DNA of 36,930 nucleotides from Dehalococcoidia bacterium (GCA_041494685.1 JBGQBE010000029.1:1-36930); one strand, 5' to 3'; shown: positions 1 to 9,171, counted from the first letter of the stretch. The notes: generated by a model not told the origin, from the letters alone. Numbers and translations are program-made.

Positions 1-42
1 ATCCACCGCGACGAGATCCTCATCCCGCTGATCCTGGCTTAA
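1..42 (+). CDS. 3' end of a gene entering from the left (IHRDEILIPLILA*), possibly an alkaline-phosphatase-superfamily C-terminus
   Basis: Frame 1 is open with GC3-rich codons up to TAA at 40-42. The product guess rests on 13 residues only. Confidence 0.45.
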   Translation: MHRDEILIPLILA

Positions 43-59
43 CCGCATCTCCCGACCAA

Positions 60-86
60 GCTGACCAGCGGACCAGCTGACCGGCT
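60..86. repeat. Short tandem octamer repeat (GCTGACCA-type, about 3.4 units)
   Basis: GCTGACCA GCGGACCA GCTGACCG GCT, lying between convergent stop codons. Confidence 0.7.
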
Positions 87-89
87 CCC

Positions 90-311
90 TCACCCGTCTA
101 TGTTCGCCTTCCAGCCGAGCCAGACCATGGCGGCGATGGCGGCGATGACGAGCGTGCCGGGGAAGAGCATCGCGTCGCCGAAGGAGCTGAGACGGCTGCC
201 GTCGCCGGTGACGGCGCGCCAGGCGGCGTAGCAGATAGCCGCCGCGAGGCCGAGGGCGACGCCGGCGGCGGCCAACAGTATGTCGTTGCTCTTGCGCTCC
301 GGCTGGGACAT
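90..311 (-). CDS. Small two-TM membrane protein (73 aa), hypothetical
   Basis: Two hydrophobic segments. ATG at 311 lies 7 nt after an extended -10 (TGcTAGGCT), suggesting a leaderless start. Confidence 0.75.
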   Translation of the reverse strand: MSQPERKSNDILLAAAGVALGLAAAICYAAWRAVTGDGSRLSSFGDAMLFPGTLVIAAIAAMVWLGWKANIDG

Positions 312-410
312 CGCGCCCAGCCTAGCACCAGTAGATTCGCGCCGCACGCTTGACAGCGCACTGCTCATTGCGAGAGAGTAAGCGCGTTAGCTGAATTGCA
401 AGGAGGCACC

Positions 411-1010
411 ATGACCATCGCCACGCCGTCAGCAGCGCCCGGGTCCGGCTACCCCATCAGCTTCGATGTCCCCTACCCGGACCGCCTCTCACGCGGACTG
501 ATCTTCGTGAAGTGGCTGCTCGCGCTGCCGCACTACGTGATCATCTACGCGCTGAACATCGTCTTCGAGGTGCTGTCGCTGATCGCCTTCTTCGCGATCC
601 TCTTCACGAAGAAGTACCCCCGCGGACTCTTCGACTTCAACGTCGGTATCCGCCGCTGGCAGGCCAACGTGGGCGCGTACGTGGGGCTGCTGCGCGACGA
701 GTACCCTCCCTTCTCCATGGATGCGGGGCAGTATCCGTTGGCGTTCGACGTGGTTTATCCGGAGGAACTGGGCCGCTTCGCCCCGCTGTATAAGTGGATC
801 CTGGCGATACCGCACTTCATCGTCCTCGCGTTCCTGATGATCGCGGTCTTCTTCACGTCGATCATCGCGTGGTTCGCGATCCTGTTCACGGGACGATACC
901 CGGAAGGGCTGTTCAACTTCGCCGTCGGCGTGCAGCGCTGGAACCAGCGGGTATCGCTCTATGCGCTCTTCATGACGGACGCGTACCCTCCCTTCAGCCT
1001 GAACGCGTAA
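411..1010 (+). CDS. DUF4389-type membrane protein with two internal repeats
   Basis: Duplicated unit KW(L/I)LA(L/I)PH...FAILFT.(K/R)YP.GLF.F.VG..RW...YPPFS. AAGGAGG lies 4 nt before ATG 411. Confidence 0.88.
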   Translation: MTIATPSAAPGSGYPISFDVPYPDRLSRGLIFVKWLLALPHYVIIYALNIVFEVLSLIAFFAILFTKKYPRGLFDFNVGIRRWQANVGAYVGLLRDEYPPFSMDAGQYPLAFDVVYPEELGRFAPLYKWILAIPHFIVLAFLMIAVFFTSIIAWFAILFTGRYPEGLFNFAVGVQRWNQRVSLYALFMTDAYPPFSLNA

Positions 1011-1205
1011 GAGGAGCACGTCACTGGCCATCGCAGGCGCGCTGAAGCCGCCCGCACCTTGTCGCGTTCGATCTGGGTCACTTCAACGGCACCAGCCGGA
1101 TCCGGTTCGTGTTCGTTAGCTGAGCCTCAACCGCCTGAAAGGGAGCCGTAGCGCCTGAGCCTGCGCCATCTCGCGCGCGACGGCGGGGTTCGCTACCCTG
1201 CACCC

Positions 1206-3473
1206 GTGGCCCCCGATCAGCGTACCCTCGACCAGCTTTCACTCTCGCGCGACGAGTACGACCGCATCGTCGATCTGCTCGACCGCGAGCCGAACGAGGT
1301 CGAACTCGGCATGTTCGGCGCGCTCTGGTCGGAGCACTGCGGCTACAAGAACAGCCGTCCGCTGCTCAAGATGTTCCCCACCGAAGGCCCGTTCGTCCTG
1401 ACCAAGGCCGGCGAGGAGAACGCGGGCGTCGTGGATATCGGCGACGGCCTCGGTATCGCCTTCAAGATCGAATCGCACAACCACCCGTCGGCGATCGAGC
1501 CGTACGAGGGCGCGGCAACCGGCGTCGGCGGCATCGTGCGCGACATCTTCGCGATGGGCGCGCGGCCGATCGCGCTGCTCGACTCGCTGCGCTTCGGGCC
1601 GCTGCAGCCCACGCGCGCCGCGCCGGACGCCGGACCGGAGCACCTGCCGGAGACGACGCCCGACGTCGCGGCGCGCAACCGCCACCTCTTCAACGGCGTC
1701 GTCGCCGGCATCGGCGGCTACGGCAACTGCCTCGGCATCCCGACCGTCGGTGGCGAGGTGAGCTTCTCGCCGTCGTACTCCGGCAACCCGCTGGTCAACG
1801 CCATGTGCGTCGGCGTCGCGCGCATCGACAAGCTGGTGCGCGCGCGGGCGGACGGCCCCGGCAACCTGCTGATGCTCGTCGGCGCCGACACCGGCCGCGA
1901 CGGCATCCACGGCGCGACGTTCGCCAGCGTCCAACTCGACGAGTCGAGCGAGGAGCGGCGGCCGGCGGTCCAGGTCGGCAACCCCTTCCTGGAGAAGCTC
2001 CTCATGGAGGCGTGCCTGCAGCTGACCGAGGAGCACGGCGACTGGATCGCCGGCCTGCAGGATCTCGGCGCGGCCGGCCTGACCAGCTCCAGCGTGGAGT
2101 GCGCGGCGAAGGCCGGTACCGGCATCATCATCGACGTGGCGAAGGTACCGCGCCGCGAGGCCGGCATGACAGCGTACGAGGTGATGCTGAGCGAGTCGCA
2201 GGAGCGGATGCTCGTCATCGTCAAGCCGGAGCACGAAGCGGACGTGCGGAGGCTCTTCGAGCACTGGGAGTTGCACTGCGCGACCATCGGCGCCGTCACG
2301 GACGACGGTCTGGTGCGCATCGACGACGGCGCGGCGGAGGTGGCGTGCGTGTCGGCGACGATGCTCACGGAAGCGCCGACGTACACGCGCGAGGGCGTGA
2401 AGCCGGCGTACCTCGACCGGCTGCAGCGCTTCGACTTCGGCGCGCTGCCCGCTATGGACGACGGCGACGCGGGTGCGACGCTGCTGCGGCTGCTGGCATC
2501 GCCGGAGATCGCGTCGAAGCGCGTGGTCTGGCGGCAGTACGACCATCAGGTGGGGACGAACACGGTCGTGCCGCCGGGCAGCGACGCCGCGGTGCTGCGC
2601 ATCAAGGGCACGAAGAAGGGCATCGCGGTCTGCACGGATGGCAACGCGGCGTACACGTACCTGGACCCGTACGCCGGCGGCGCGATAGCGGTCGCCGAGG
2701 CGGCGCGCAACGTTGCCTGCAGCGGCGCGCGGCCGGTGGCGATGACGAACTGCCTGAACTTCGGCAACCCGGAGAAGCCTGAGGTCTACTACCAGCTCAG
2801 GGAAGCGATCCGCGGCATGTCCGACGCGGCGTGCGCGCTGGGCATCCCGGTGATCAGTGGCAACGTCAGCCTGTACAACGAGACGAACGGCGAGGCGATC
2901 TGGCCGACGCCGGTCGTCGGCATGGTCGGCATCCTCGACGACGTTGACTGCGCCGTGCCGATGGCGTTACAGCACGAAGGCGACGCGATCCTCTTCGCCG
3001 GCTCGTTCGAGGCCGCGCAGAGCGACAACGCAGCGTCCGAGTACACGCGCGCGGCCGCCGGCATCGTCGCGGGCAAGCCCGCCATCGACATCGAGGCGGA
3101 GGGGCGGCTGCAGCGCTTCCTCGTCGACGCAGCAGCCGCGGGGCTGCTGCGCTCGGCGCACGACGCCGGCGTGGGCGGCGTCGCGGTCGCGCTCGCCGAG
3201 TCGTGCATCGCGGGCGGCGTGGGCTGCGACGTGCGTGAAGTCGCGGCGATCTTCGGCGAGGCCCAGTCCCGCTGCGTCGTGTCGTGCGCGCCGGAGCGAG
3301 TAGCGGCGGTACGGGCGCTCGCGGACGCGTGCGGGGTACCGTGCGTCGCGCAGGGCGAGGTACGCGGAGACCGCCTGCGCTTCGGGACGATCGATCTGCC
3401 GGTGGACGAGCTGCGCGACGCGTTCGAATCGGGCATGCCGCACGCGCTCGAAGGCGCCAGCGCGAACGTCTAG
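1206..3473 (+). CDS. purL: Phosphoribosylformylglycinamidine synthase subunit PurL (small-type)
   Basis: WSEHCGYK, KIESHNHPSAIEPYEGAATGVGGIVRDI, QDLGAAGL, MLSESQERM, NCLNFGNPE and SGNVSLYNET motifs. Confidence 0.97.
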   Translation: MAPDQRTLDQLSLSRDEYDRIVDLLDREPNEVELGMFGALWSEHCGYKNSRPLLKMFPTEGPFVLTKAGEENAGVVDIGDGLGIAFKIESHNHPSAIEPYEGAATGVGGIVRDIFAMGARPIALLDSLRFGPLQPTRAAPDAGPEHLPETTPDVAARNRHLFNGVVAGIGGYGNCLGIPTVGGEVSFSPSYSGNPLVNAMCVGVARIDKLVRARADGPGNLLMLVGADTGRDGIHGATFASVQLDESSEERRPAVQVGNPFLEKLLMEACLQLTEEHGDWIAGLQDLGAAGLTSSSVECAAKAGTGIIIDVAKVPRREAGMTAYEVMLSESQERMLVIVKPEHEADVRRLFEHWELHCATIGAVTDDGLVRIDDGAAEVACVSATMLTEAPTYTREGVKPAYLDRLQRFDFGALPAMDDGDAGATLLRLLASPEIASKRVVWRQYDHQVGTNTVVPPGSDAAVLRIKGTKKGIAVCTDGNAAYTYLDPYAGGAIAVAEAARNVACSGARPVAMTNCLNFGNPEKPEVYYQLREAIRGMSDAACALGIPVISGNVSLYNETNGEAIWPTPVVGMVGILDDVDCAVPMALQHEGDAILFAGSFEAAQSDNAASEYTRAAAGIVAGKPAIDIEAEGRLQRFLVDAAAAGLLRSAHDAGVGGVAVALAESCIAGGVGCDVREVAAIFGEAQSRCVVSCAPERVAAVRALADACGVPCVAQGEVRGDRLRFGTIDLPVDELRDAFESGMPHALEGASANV

Positions 3474-3522
3474 CCCCTCGCGGCAGCGAGCATCGTCAAG
3501 CGTCGGCGAATAGCCGTTGCCT

Positions 3523-3550
3523 CATCTATGCCCATCTGTGTCATCTGTGG
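3523..3550. repeat. Short 9-10 nt tandem repeat (CATCTGTG x3) in a convergent intergenic gap
   Basis: CATCTATG-CC-CATCTGTG-T-CATCTGTG-G. Confidence 0.6.
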
Positions 3551-3560
3551 ATAGGCCCCG

Positions 3561-4157
3561 TCACCCCGTCGCGACAAGCAGCGCGCCCTCGACCGCGGCC
3601 AACGCGTCGGACGCGAGGTAAACGGCACCCCGGGCCACGTCAAGCGGCTCCGGCGCGTGGTGCTCCGTCAGCGAGGGCGCGGCCGCGTCCGCCAGCGCGC
3701 GCGACGCGACGAGCGCGTTCGCGCGCAGGCCGCCATCGGCCAATTCGCGCGTCCACGCGAAGAGCGCTATCGCCTCGTCCGCCGCGGCGTCAGCCGCGAC
3801 AAGCACGACGATCGCAGGGTCGGAGCGCAGGCCGACCAGCGCGGCGCGTGGCAGCGGCACTGGCGCGTGATACACCAGCACGCTCACCGGCCCGAGTTGC
3901 GCCGTCGCGTCAGCCAGGGCGGCGTTCAGCGCAGCCTCGCTGCCATCGGTCGTCAGCACGACGCCGCGGCGGCCGATCGCCCAGAACTCGTTGGCGGTGC
4001 TGTTGGCGGCGAACTCCGCCTGCGCGCCGGCGGAGAGCGTGATTAGCGCGACGTCCGCGCCGGCTTCGGCCAGCGCCACGGCGGCGCGTCGGCCCGCCGG
4101 GCGTTCGACGCCGATCACGGCGGCGTTGCGTTTCGCGAGCGGCGATGCGGCCATCAT
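3561..4157 (-). CDS. Degenerate short-chain dehydrogenase/reductase (SDR)-like protein
   Basis: SDR-like N-terminus (AAVIG...AAVALAEAGADVAL) and C-terminus (EPLDVARGAVYLASD...VEGALLV). No GxxxGxG and no YxxxK. The start overlaps the upstream stop by 4 nt. Confidence 0.7.
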   Translation of the reverse strand: MMAASPLAKRNAAVIGVERPAGRRAAVALAEAGADVALITLSAGAQAEFAANSTANEFWAIGRRGVVLTTDGSEAALNAALADATAQLGPVSVLVYHAPVPLPRAALVGLRSDPAIVVLVAADAAADEAIALFAWTRELADGGLRANALVASRALADAAAPSLTEHHAPEPLDVARGAVYLASDALAAVEGALLVATG

Positions 4158-5053
4158 GTGCGCTCCACCGTCATCCAGATGTGATTGCAGAAGTAGCGAT
4201 TCAGCGGCGGGTAGTGGCTCAGCGGTCGCAGGAACCGCAGGAAGTCCAGGATCCTCAGTTCGGCGTTCAGCCGCCGCGACGAGAAGTAGCAGTCCTTCGC
4301 CGGCGGCTCCCAGAACTCGACGCCGCGCACGCGGAAGCCGTGGCGCTCGACCTCGGCGGTCAGCCTCGGCGCGCTCTGCTCGTTGACGTGCATCTCGCGC
4401 TCGAACGTGTCGTGCGGGAACTCGCGGCCGGTCGGCAGCATCGTGTCGTTGAAGAGGCCATCGCTGAAGTGCAGCAGGCGGCTCAGGCCCAGCGCCGCCT
4501 GGTTGACGCGGCGGCTGTAGTTGGGGTAGACGCGCTCCTCGAACACCTTGTTGGGCGACGTGTGTATGACCAGCCGGCCGCCGGGCCGGATCGTGCGGTA
4601 CAGTTCGTCAAGCGCCAGCGCCAGCTCGTGCGGATAGAGGTGCTCGACGACGTCCATCATGAACACGACGTCGAAGAACCCGTCTTCGAACGGCAGCGCC
4701 TTCACGTCGGCCTGCTGCACGCGCGTGTGTTCGCGCAGCACCACGTCCACCGTGCGCAGCGCACCATCGGCGATATCGACCGCGGCCTGCGCGTAGTCGA
4801 TGCCCCACGCCTCGGCGCCGCGCATCGCCGACTGGATCACCAGTTCGCCGCGGCCGCAGCCGACGTCCAGCACGCGCTTGCCGCGCAGGTCGCCGGCCAG
4901 CGAGAGCGCCTTGACGAAGCGCGGTCCCACCTTGCGACCGCCGCTCATCACGAAGTCCTCGTAGCCGTGGCAGTTCGTCAGGTAGTAATCGTCGGTGTAG
5001 ATCTCCGGCTCGACGCGCTCGGGAGTGCCGGTGGGTCCGCGGTCATGCGTCAA
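4154..5053 (-). CDS. Class I SAM-dependent methyltransferase
   Basis: VLDVGCGRGE motif I, LPFEDGFFDVV, DVVEHL and IRPGGRLVI. TTG start preceded by GGAGG. Confidence 0.92.
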   Translation of the reverse strand: MTHDRGPTGTPERVEPEIYTDDYYLTNCHGYEDFVMSGGRKVGPRFVKALSLAGDLRGKRVLDVGCGRGELVIQSAMRGAEAWGIDYAQAAVDIADGALRTVDVVLREHTRVQQADVKALPFEDGFFDVVFMMDVVEHLYPHELALALDELYRTIRPGGRLVIHTSPNKVFEERVYPNYSRRVNQAALGLSRLLHFSDGLFNDTMLPTGREFPHDTFEREMHVNEQSAPRLTAEVERHGFRVRGVEFWEPPAKDCYFSSRRLNAELRILDFLRFLRPLSHYPPLNRYFCNHIWMTVERT

Positions 5054-5669
5054 GGTGCAGCACCTCCCGTACGGCGGCGAGTGTGCGCGCGCCGAACTTC
5101 TCGTCCGCCAGCAGGGTCTCCATGTACGCCCGGTCGAAGCCGCGCCGCAGCAGCAGCTCGGCGATGCCGTCGGAGCGCTCCGGGCGGCGCAGCAGCACGT
5201 TGGCGACGAGCTGCCACTCCAGCGGCACGACGGGGATGTGGCCGTCCTCGAAGTGGATGACGCGGACCTTGTCGCTCCAGCGTGCGAAGTGTTCGGTCGC
5301 GGTGATCGTGCCGTCGTCGCCGTAGATGACGAGGTCGCCCATGATCTCGACCTTCACGCCCTCCACCTCGAAGATGCCGAAGTGGCTGGAGTAGCGCGGC
5401 GAGACACTGTAGCTGACGGGACGAACCGTCGTGCCGCAGGAGACGACGCATGCCTCCATGATGTACGCGCCCTCGGCGGTCGTGACCAGGTCGATGTCGG
5501 GCGGCTCGTAGCCGTCCAGGCCCTGCAGCACCGACGCGGTGCTGCCCATGAGCGCCCACGGCTGCTGCGCGCGGAACATGGCCGGCACGATCCAGCGAAG
5601 GGCGCTGCGCAGCGCGGCGCGCACCTCGTCCGTCATCCCGGAACCGCAGGGGATCGTCTCGGCTCTCAT
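5043..5669 (-). CDS. Pol-beta-superfamily nucleotidyltransferase-like protein
   Basis: WALMGS...PPDIDL (hG[GS]...DxD) motif plus a downstream VEIMGD strand. ATG 5669 lies 7 nt after TAGACT; alternative start 5636. Confidence 0.75.
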   Translation of the reverse strand: MRAETIPCGSGMTDEVRAALRSALRWIVPAMFRAQQPWALMGSTASVLQGLDGYEPPDIDLVTTAEGAYIMEACVVSCGTTVRPVSYSVSPRYSSHFGIFEVEGVKVEIMGDLVIYGDDGTITATEHFARWSDKVRVIHFEDGHIPVVPLEWQLVANVLLRRPERSDGIAELLLRRGFDRAYMETLLADEKFGARTLAAVREVLHLDA

Positions 5670-5690
5670 CGCGGCCAGTCTAACTAACGG

Positions 5691-5742
5691 CAACAGACAA
5701 CAGACAGCAGACACGCCCGACACTCTGACGTCGGTTGCCTGT
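5691..5742. repeat. Heptamer tandem repeat (CAACAGA x3) with a degenerate inverted arm, downstream of dnaC
   Basis: CAACAGA CAACAGA CAGCAGA ... TCGGTTGCCTGT. The same 12-mer recurs at 33784-33795. Confidence 0.55.
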
Positions 5743-5747
5743 TCTCG

Positions 5748-7130
5748 CTACGCCTTGCGCGGCTTGCGGGCGGCGCGGCGCGAGGGCACTGCATCGGCGC
5801 GGGGCGGTTCGCCCAGCACGATGACGGTGCAGACCGCAGGATCCATCAGGCGCGACGCCAGCCGCTCGCCGAGATCATCGAGGCGGAGCGCTGTCGTGAT
5901 GACGGTGGGCAGGCGCGCGGTGTGGCGGAAGTTCAGCAGTTGGAAGAGGCGGTCGCGCACCCACGGGATGCCCGTCTGCGTATCCAGGTCGTCCAGGATG
6001 AGCAGCGGCGCCATCTTCATCTCGTCGAACGCATCGTAGGAGCCGCGCGCGTCGTCGCCGGCGAAGCCCCGGCGCAGGTAGTCCAGCAGGTCCGGCACGA
6101 CGACGAAGCCCGGCGTCTCGCCGCGCGCGCGCCGGTAGTTAGCGATCGCGGCGGCGAGGTGCGTCTTGCCGGAGCCGTGCGGCCCCATCAGCAGCAGCCA
6201 GCCGTCCGGCGCCTCCGCGAAGGCGATCGCCTGGCGGTAGGCGTTCTCCGTGCGCTTGCGATCGTCGGGTGAGAGGTGCACGCCGCGCGCGTCGAAGCGA
6301 TCGAACGTCATCTCGCGGATCAGCGGGTGGTCCAGTACGTCCAGCGCGCGCAGCTCCGACGGCCGTCGCGCCTCCAGCACGTAGACGCGGGCGATGCTCG
6401 CGTCGGTGAGCCGCGTGCGCAGGCGCTCGTCGATCTGCTCCGGCAGCAGGTTCGTCGTGACCACGGTGGGCAGCCGCCCGTTGAAGCGGTGGTTGATCAG
6501 CTGGAACAGCTTCTCCTGCGCCCACGGCGTCTGCGCCTGCGTGCCCAGGTCGTCCAGCACCAGCACCGGCGCGTTGCGCACGCGCTCGAACAGGTCGTCG
6601 TAGCCGATGTCGGCGCCCGGCTGGTACGCGGCGCGCAGGTGGTCCAGCAGGTCCGGCACGACGACGAACAGCGCCGGCTCGCCGCGCTCGACCAGTCGGT
6701 TCACGATGGCCGCGGCGATGTGCGTCTTGCCGCAGCCGCTGACGCCAGAGAGCAGCAGCCAGCCATCCGGCGCATCGGCGAACGCGCGCGCGTCGTCGAC
6801 GCACTGGCGGTACTGCTCCTGCTCGCGCGGGGCGGCGCTCCGGCCGCGGGCGAGGAGGTTGCGGAACGTCAACCGCGACAGCGCGCCGATGTTGGAGTAG
6901 CGCTGCAGGCGGTCGGTGCGGTCGGCGGGGCTCTCCTGCTGCGCGCAGCGACACGGCACCGCGTTGCCGAAGTCCGGATGGTCGGCGGCGACCTTCAGGC
7001 GGACGAAGCGGGCGCCGCGGCAGTACGGGCAGACCTCTGCGTCAGCGGTCGAGTCGCTCGCGGAGGATACGGCCGTACTTGCCGCTGAAGTAGCGCTCTT
7101 CGCTGGCAGGATCTCGTTCAGTTTTCGCAT
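5748..7130 (-). CDS. dnaC: DnaC/DnaI/IstB-family helicase loader with an N-terminal Zn site and two tandem AAA+ domains
   Basis: CPYC...CRC. Walker A GVSGCGKT and GPHGSGKT; Walker B LVLDD and LILDD. Duplicated VVPDLLD.LR and LFQL.N.R. Lies in an operon with dnaB. Confidence 0.88.
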   Translation of the reverse strand: MRKLNEILPAKSATSAASTAVSSASDSTADAEVCPYCRGARFVRLKVAADHPDFGNAVPCRCAQQESPADRTDRLQRYSNIGALSRLTFRNLLARGRSAAPREQEQYRQCVDDARAFADAPDGWLLLSGVSGCGKTHIAAAIVNRLVERGEPALFVVVPDLLDHLRAAYQPGADIGYDDLFERVRNAPVLVLDDLGTQAQTPWAQEKLFQLINHRFNGRLPTVVTTNLLPEQIDERLRTRLTDASIARVYVLEARRPSELRALDVLDHPLIREMTFDRFDARGVHLSPDDRKRTENAYRQAIAFAEAPDGWLLLMGPHGSGKTHLAAAIANYRRARGETPGFVVVPDLLDYLRRGFAGDDARGSYDAFDEMKMAPLLILDDLDTQTGIPWVRDRLFQLLNFRHTARLPTVITTALRLDDLGERLASRLMDPAVCTVIVLGEPPRADAVPSRRAARKPRKA

Positions 7131-7794
7131 GGTCCGGGCCCTCTATCGCCCACCGCTCCAGGATGCGTGATACGTAGCGCCAGCTGCGCGCGTTCTGCGC
7201 GGCGGCCTCGCGGAACGCGGCCTCCAGCCACTCCGCCGGGTACAGCCGCTCCGCCTCCGCCAACTCGTCGGCGATCAGCGGCGAGAGCGTGCCGACCAGC
7301 AACTCGTACAGCGCGAAGACGGACGAGCGCTGCTGCGCGGGCGGTGCGTCGGGCACCGCGCGGCCCAGTTCGATTTCGGCGTCGCCGCTGCGCACGCTCT
7401 CCATGCCGCGCCGGTCCGCCGGCGCATTCAGGAAGTACAGCTCCGCGCGGCGACCGTCGCGCTCGACGCCGAGCGCCAGCAGCACGCCGAGTTCGGCCGC
7501 GCGCAGCAGACTGGCGGCGATGGCGCCGTCAGGCGCGCCGGCGCGCGCCAAGTACGCCGCCAGCGCCGGCTCGGCTGCCAGGTCGGCGGCGGTGACGTAG
7601 CGCGGGCTGCCACGCTTCGCCTGCAACGCCTTGAACGCGTACAGCGTGACGCCCAGCGCGGCCGCGTCGTCGGCGAGCAGCGGCAGCACGTCGCTGAAGA
7701 ACACCCTGGGGATAGCCGTGGCCTCGGAGCGGGCCGGAAAGCCGCCGAATCGCCGCTCGCCCTCCGCGTCGTGCTTCGCGTCCCTGGCTACCAC
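7042..7794 (-). CDS. dnaD: DnaD domain protein (primosomal)
   Basis: C-terminal DnaB_2-type motif VFALYE..VG.LSPLIADEL...YP.EWLEAAFREAA.QN.RSWRYVSRILERW. GTG directly abuts the dnaB stop. Confidence 0.88.
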   Translation of the reverse strand: MVARDAKHDAEGERRFGGFPARSEATAIPRVFFSDVLPLLADDAAALGVTLYAFKALQAKRGSPRYVTAADLAAEPALAAYLARAGAPDGAIAASLLRAAELGVLLALGVERDGRRAELYFLNAPADRRGMESVRSGDAEIELGRAVPDAPPAQQRSSVFALYELLVGTLSPLIADELAEAERLYPAEWLEAAFREAAAQNARSWRYVSRILERWAIEGPDHAKTERDPASEERYFSGKYGRILRERLDR

Positions 7795-9171
7795 CTACGC
7801 CGTCTCTTCCTCGACCACCATCAGGTCCTCGAAGCGCGAGAGGTGGTTGCGGAAGCGCAGGTGCACAACCCCCGTCGGACCGTTGCGGTGCTTCGCGATG
7901 ATCAGCTTCGTGATCCCTTCCGGGTACGGCTGGTCGAAGTTTCGCGTCTCCCACTCCTCGCGCGTGACGTAGATGTCCTCGCGGTAGATGAACATCACGA
8001 CGTCCGCGTCCTGCTCGATGCTTCCCGACTCGCGCAGGTCGCTGAGCATCGGGATGTGCGGCGTGCGCATCTCCGGCGCGCGCGAGAGCTGCGCGGCGGC
8101 GATGATCGGTACGTCGAGGTCGCGGGCGAGCATCTTCAGCCCGCGCGAGATCTCGCTGACCTCTTGCACGCGGTTGTCGCTGCGGCGGCTGCCGCCCTGC
8201 ATGAGCTGGAGGTAGTCGATCAGCACCAGGTCGACGCCGCCGATCTGCTGCTTGAGCCGCCGCAGCTTCGTCTGGAGCTGCCCGACCGTGACCAGCGCCG
8301 AGTCGTCGATGTAGATCTCGAGGCCGGACAGTTCGCCGGTCGCGTGCATCGCGCGGCGCTCCTCCGCCTCACTCATCTGCCCCAGGCGCAGGCGCGACGC
8401 GTCCACGCCCGACTCGGACGCGAGGAGGCGCTGGGCGAGCTGCTCGCCGGACATCTCGATCGTGAAGATGGCGACGCGGGCGTTCTGGCCGACGGCGGCG
8501 TTGCGCGCGAAGTTCAGCAGCAGCGACGACTTGCCGACGCTGGGACGCGCCGCCAGGACCAACAGGTCAGAGCGGTGGAATCCGCCGAGCAGCGTATCCA
8601 GATCCATGAAGCCGCTGCGGATCGCGCCGATCGTCCCGGCGAACACCGCGTCGATGCCGGGCGTCTCCCAGAACGAGTCCAGCAGGTCGCGCAGCGGCAC
8701 GAGGTCGCCCATGCGCTGCGACTGGCGCACGCCCATCACCAGGTTCTCGGCGCGACCGATCGCGCCGTCGAGGTCCGGGCCGCCCTGGTAGGCGAGTTGG
8801 ACGATCTGCGAGCCGGCAGTGATCATCGCGCGGTACGTGGCGTCGCGCTTGACGATCGCGGCGTAGTGCTCGACGCCGATCGGCGTCGCCAGCTCGGCGA
8901 CGATGCGCGAGATGAACGGGATGCCGCCGACGTCGTCGAGCTTCTCGCGGCGGGAGAGCTCGTGCGCCAGCGTCACCTGGTTGATCGGCTCCTGGCGCTG
9001 CCATAGGGCTAGGCAGGCCTCGTACGTCCAGCGGTTCTGGTCGCGGTAGAAGTCGTCGGGCGCGACGACGCCCTCGACGCGGCCGATCGCTTCTTCGTCG
9101 ACCAGCATCGCGGCGATGCACGCCTCCTCGGCTTCGATATCAAACGGCGGGAGCTTTTCGGCACTGACCAA
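7795..9171 (-). CDS. dnaB: Replicative DNA helicase DnaB
   Basis: LPPFDIEAEE, AARPSVGKS, IDYLQLM, QLSRAPE, SDLRESGSIEQDAD and AKHRNGPTG. Confidence 0.98.
   Translation of the reverse strand: MVSAEKLPPFDIEAEEACIAAMLVDEEAIGRVEGVVAPDDFYRDQNRWTYEACLALWQRQEPINQVTLAHELSRREKLDDVGGIPFISRIVAELATPIGVEHYAAIVKRDATYRAMITAGSQIVQLAYQGGPDLDGAIGRAENLVMGVRQSQRMGDLVPLRDLLDSFWETPGIDAVFAGTIGAIRSGFMDLDTLLGGFHRSDLLVLAARPSVGKSSLLLNFARNAAVGQNARVAIFTIEMSGEQLAQRLLASESGVDASRLRLGQMSEAEERRAMHATGELSGLEIYIDDSALVTVGQLQTKLRRLKQQIGGVDLVLIDYLQLMQGGSRRSDNRVQEVSEISRGLKMLARDLDVPIIAAAQLSRAPEMRTPHIPMLSDLRESGSIEQDADVVMFIYREDIYVTREEWETRNFDQPYPEGITKLIIAKHRNGPTGVVHLRFRNHLSRFEDLMVVEEETA

Noticed and set aside
1011..1205. Possible ZTP (pfl) or purine riboswitch upstream of purL
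   Set aside because: Only fragments resemble the motif (GTCACTGGCC; GCCGTAGCGCCTGAGC). P3 and pseudoknot pairing do not work, and purL looks leaderless (TACCCT-6 nt-GTG).
3546..3554. TGTGGATAG as a DnaA box marking oriC
   Set aside because: Single one-mismatch copy embedded in a short repeat, with no box cluster, AT-rich unwinding element or dnaA nearby.
5748..7130. IS21 element (IstB-like ATPase)
   Set aside because: No IstA transposase or terminal inverted repeats. The gene is part of the dnaB-dnaD operon.
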